From NCBI RefSeq assembly GCF_004010195.1, contig NC_057711.1, positions 80,511,846 to 80,575,845 on the forward strand: a stretch of DNA of 64,000 bases. The letters run 5' to 3'. Source of the stretch: Chiloscyllium plagiosum. Lineage: Eukaryota. The translations under genes were made by a program, and so were the position numbers. The notes under the pieces are model-generated. The model worked only from the letters and a program-made list of their open reading frames with translations. It was not told the origin of the DNA and ran no database searches. Each line of letters starts with the position of its first letter. Position 1 is the stretch's first letter. Shown piece after piece: positions 63,920-64,000 of this stretch.

Positions 63920-63959
63920 GCACTGATGATGTCGCCTCGCCAGGAGACGAAACGCTTGC
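63920..63959 (+). ncRNA. Hammerhead motif, mirror copy with U16.1>C
   Basis: GCA-CTGATGA-tGTCgCCtcgccaGGaGAC-GAA-ACGC-T-TGC. Confidence 0.7.
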
Positions 63960-64000
63960 AACAAAAACTTCCAGCTCGGCGAACAGAACCACAACATCAT

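Larger units (their letters stand above)
63289..64000. mobile_element. Young Penelope-like element (family 3) forming a ~275-bp-arm inverted repeat
   Basis: Arms ~63327-63603 and ~63723-64000; plus strand HEFDWDNTTITGQARQRTAREFLESWHSSTNSINKHIDLDPIY (GIY-YIG C-terminus); CpGs retained. Confidence 0.88.

Overview
Repeat-dense vertebrate genomic DNA, almost certainly from a cartilaginous fish (shark), judged by HE1-type SINEs and HER1/CR1 LINEs throughout. There is one 617-N assembly gap and no intact host protein-coding gene that I can support. Most of the window is decayed retroelements: several reconstructable CR1 LINEs, a Rex1/Babar-type LINE, tRNA-derived SINEs, two solo LTRs with 4-bp TSDs, a TA-flanked pogo/Tigger-like MITE, and at least four Penelope-like (GIY-YIG) families. 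Two signals stand out. (1) The non-repeat DNA on the minus strand (~16-59 kb) reads as a shattered spectrin-repeat gene. The pieces at 58.9-50.1 kb line up in order with my recollection of the giant central exon of nesprin-2 (SYNE2), but carry stops, frameshifts and TE insertions, so this looks like a nesprin-like pseudogene or an abandoned exon block. The identification rests on remembered sequence and needs tBLASTn. (2) The Penelope-like ends carry minimal type-I hammerhead ribozyme motifs (CTGANGA-stem-GAAA, palindromic stem III) in four sequence families, with two copies retaining a complete catalytic core.
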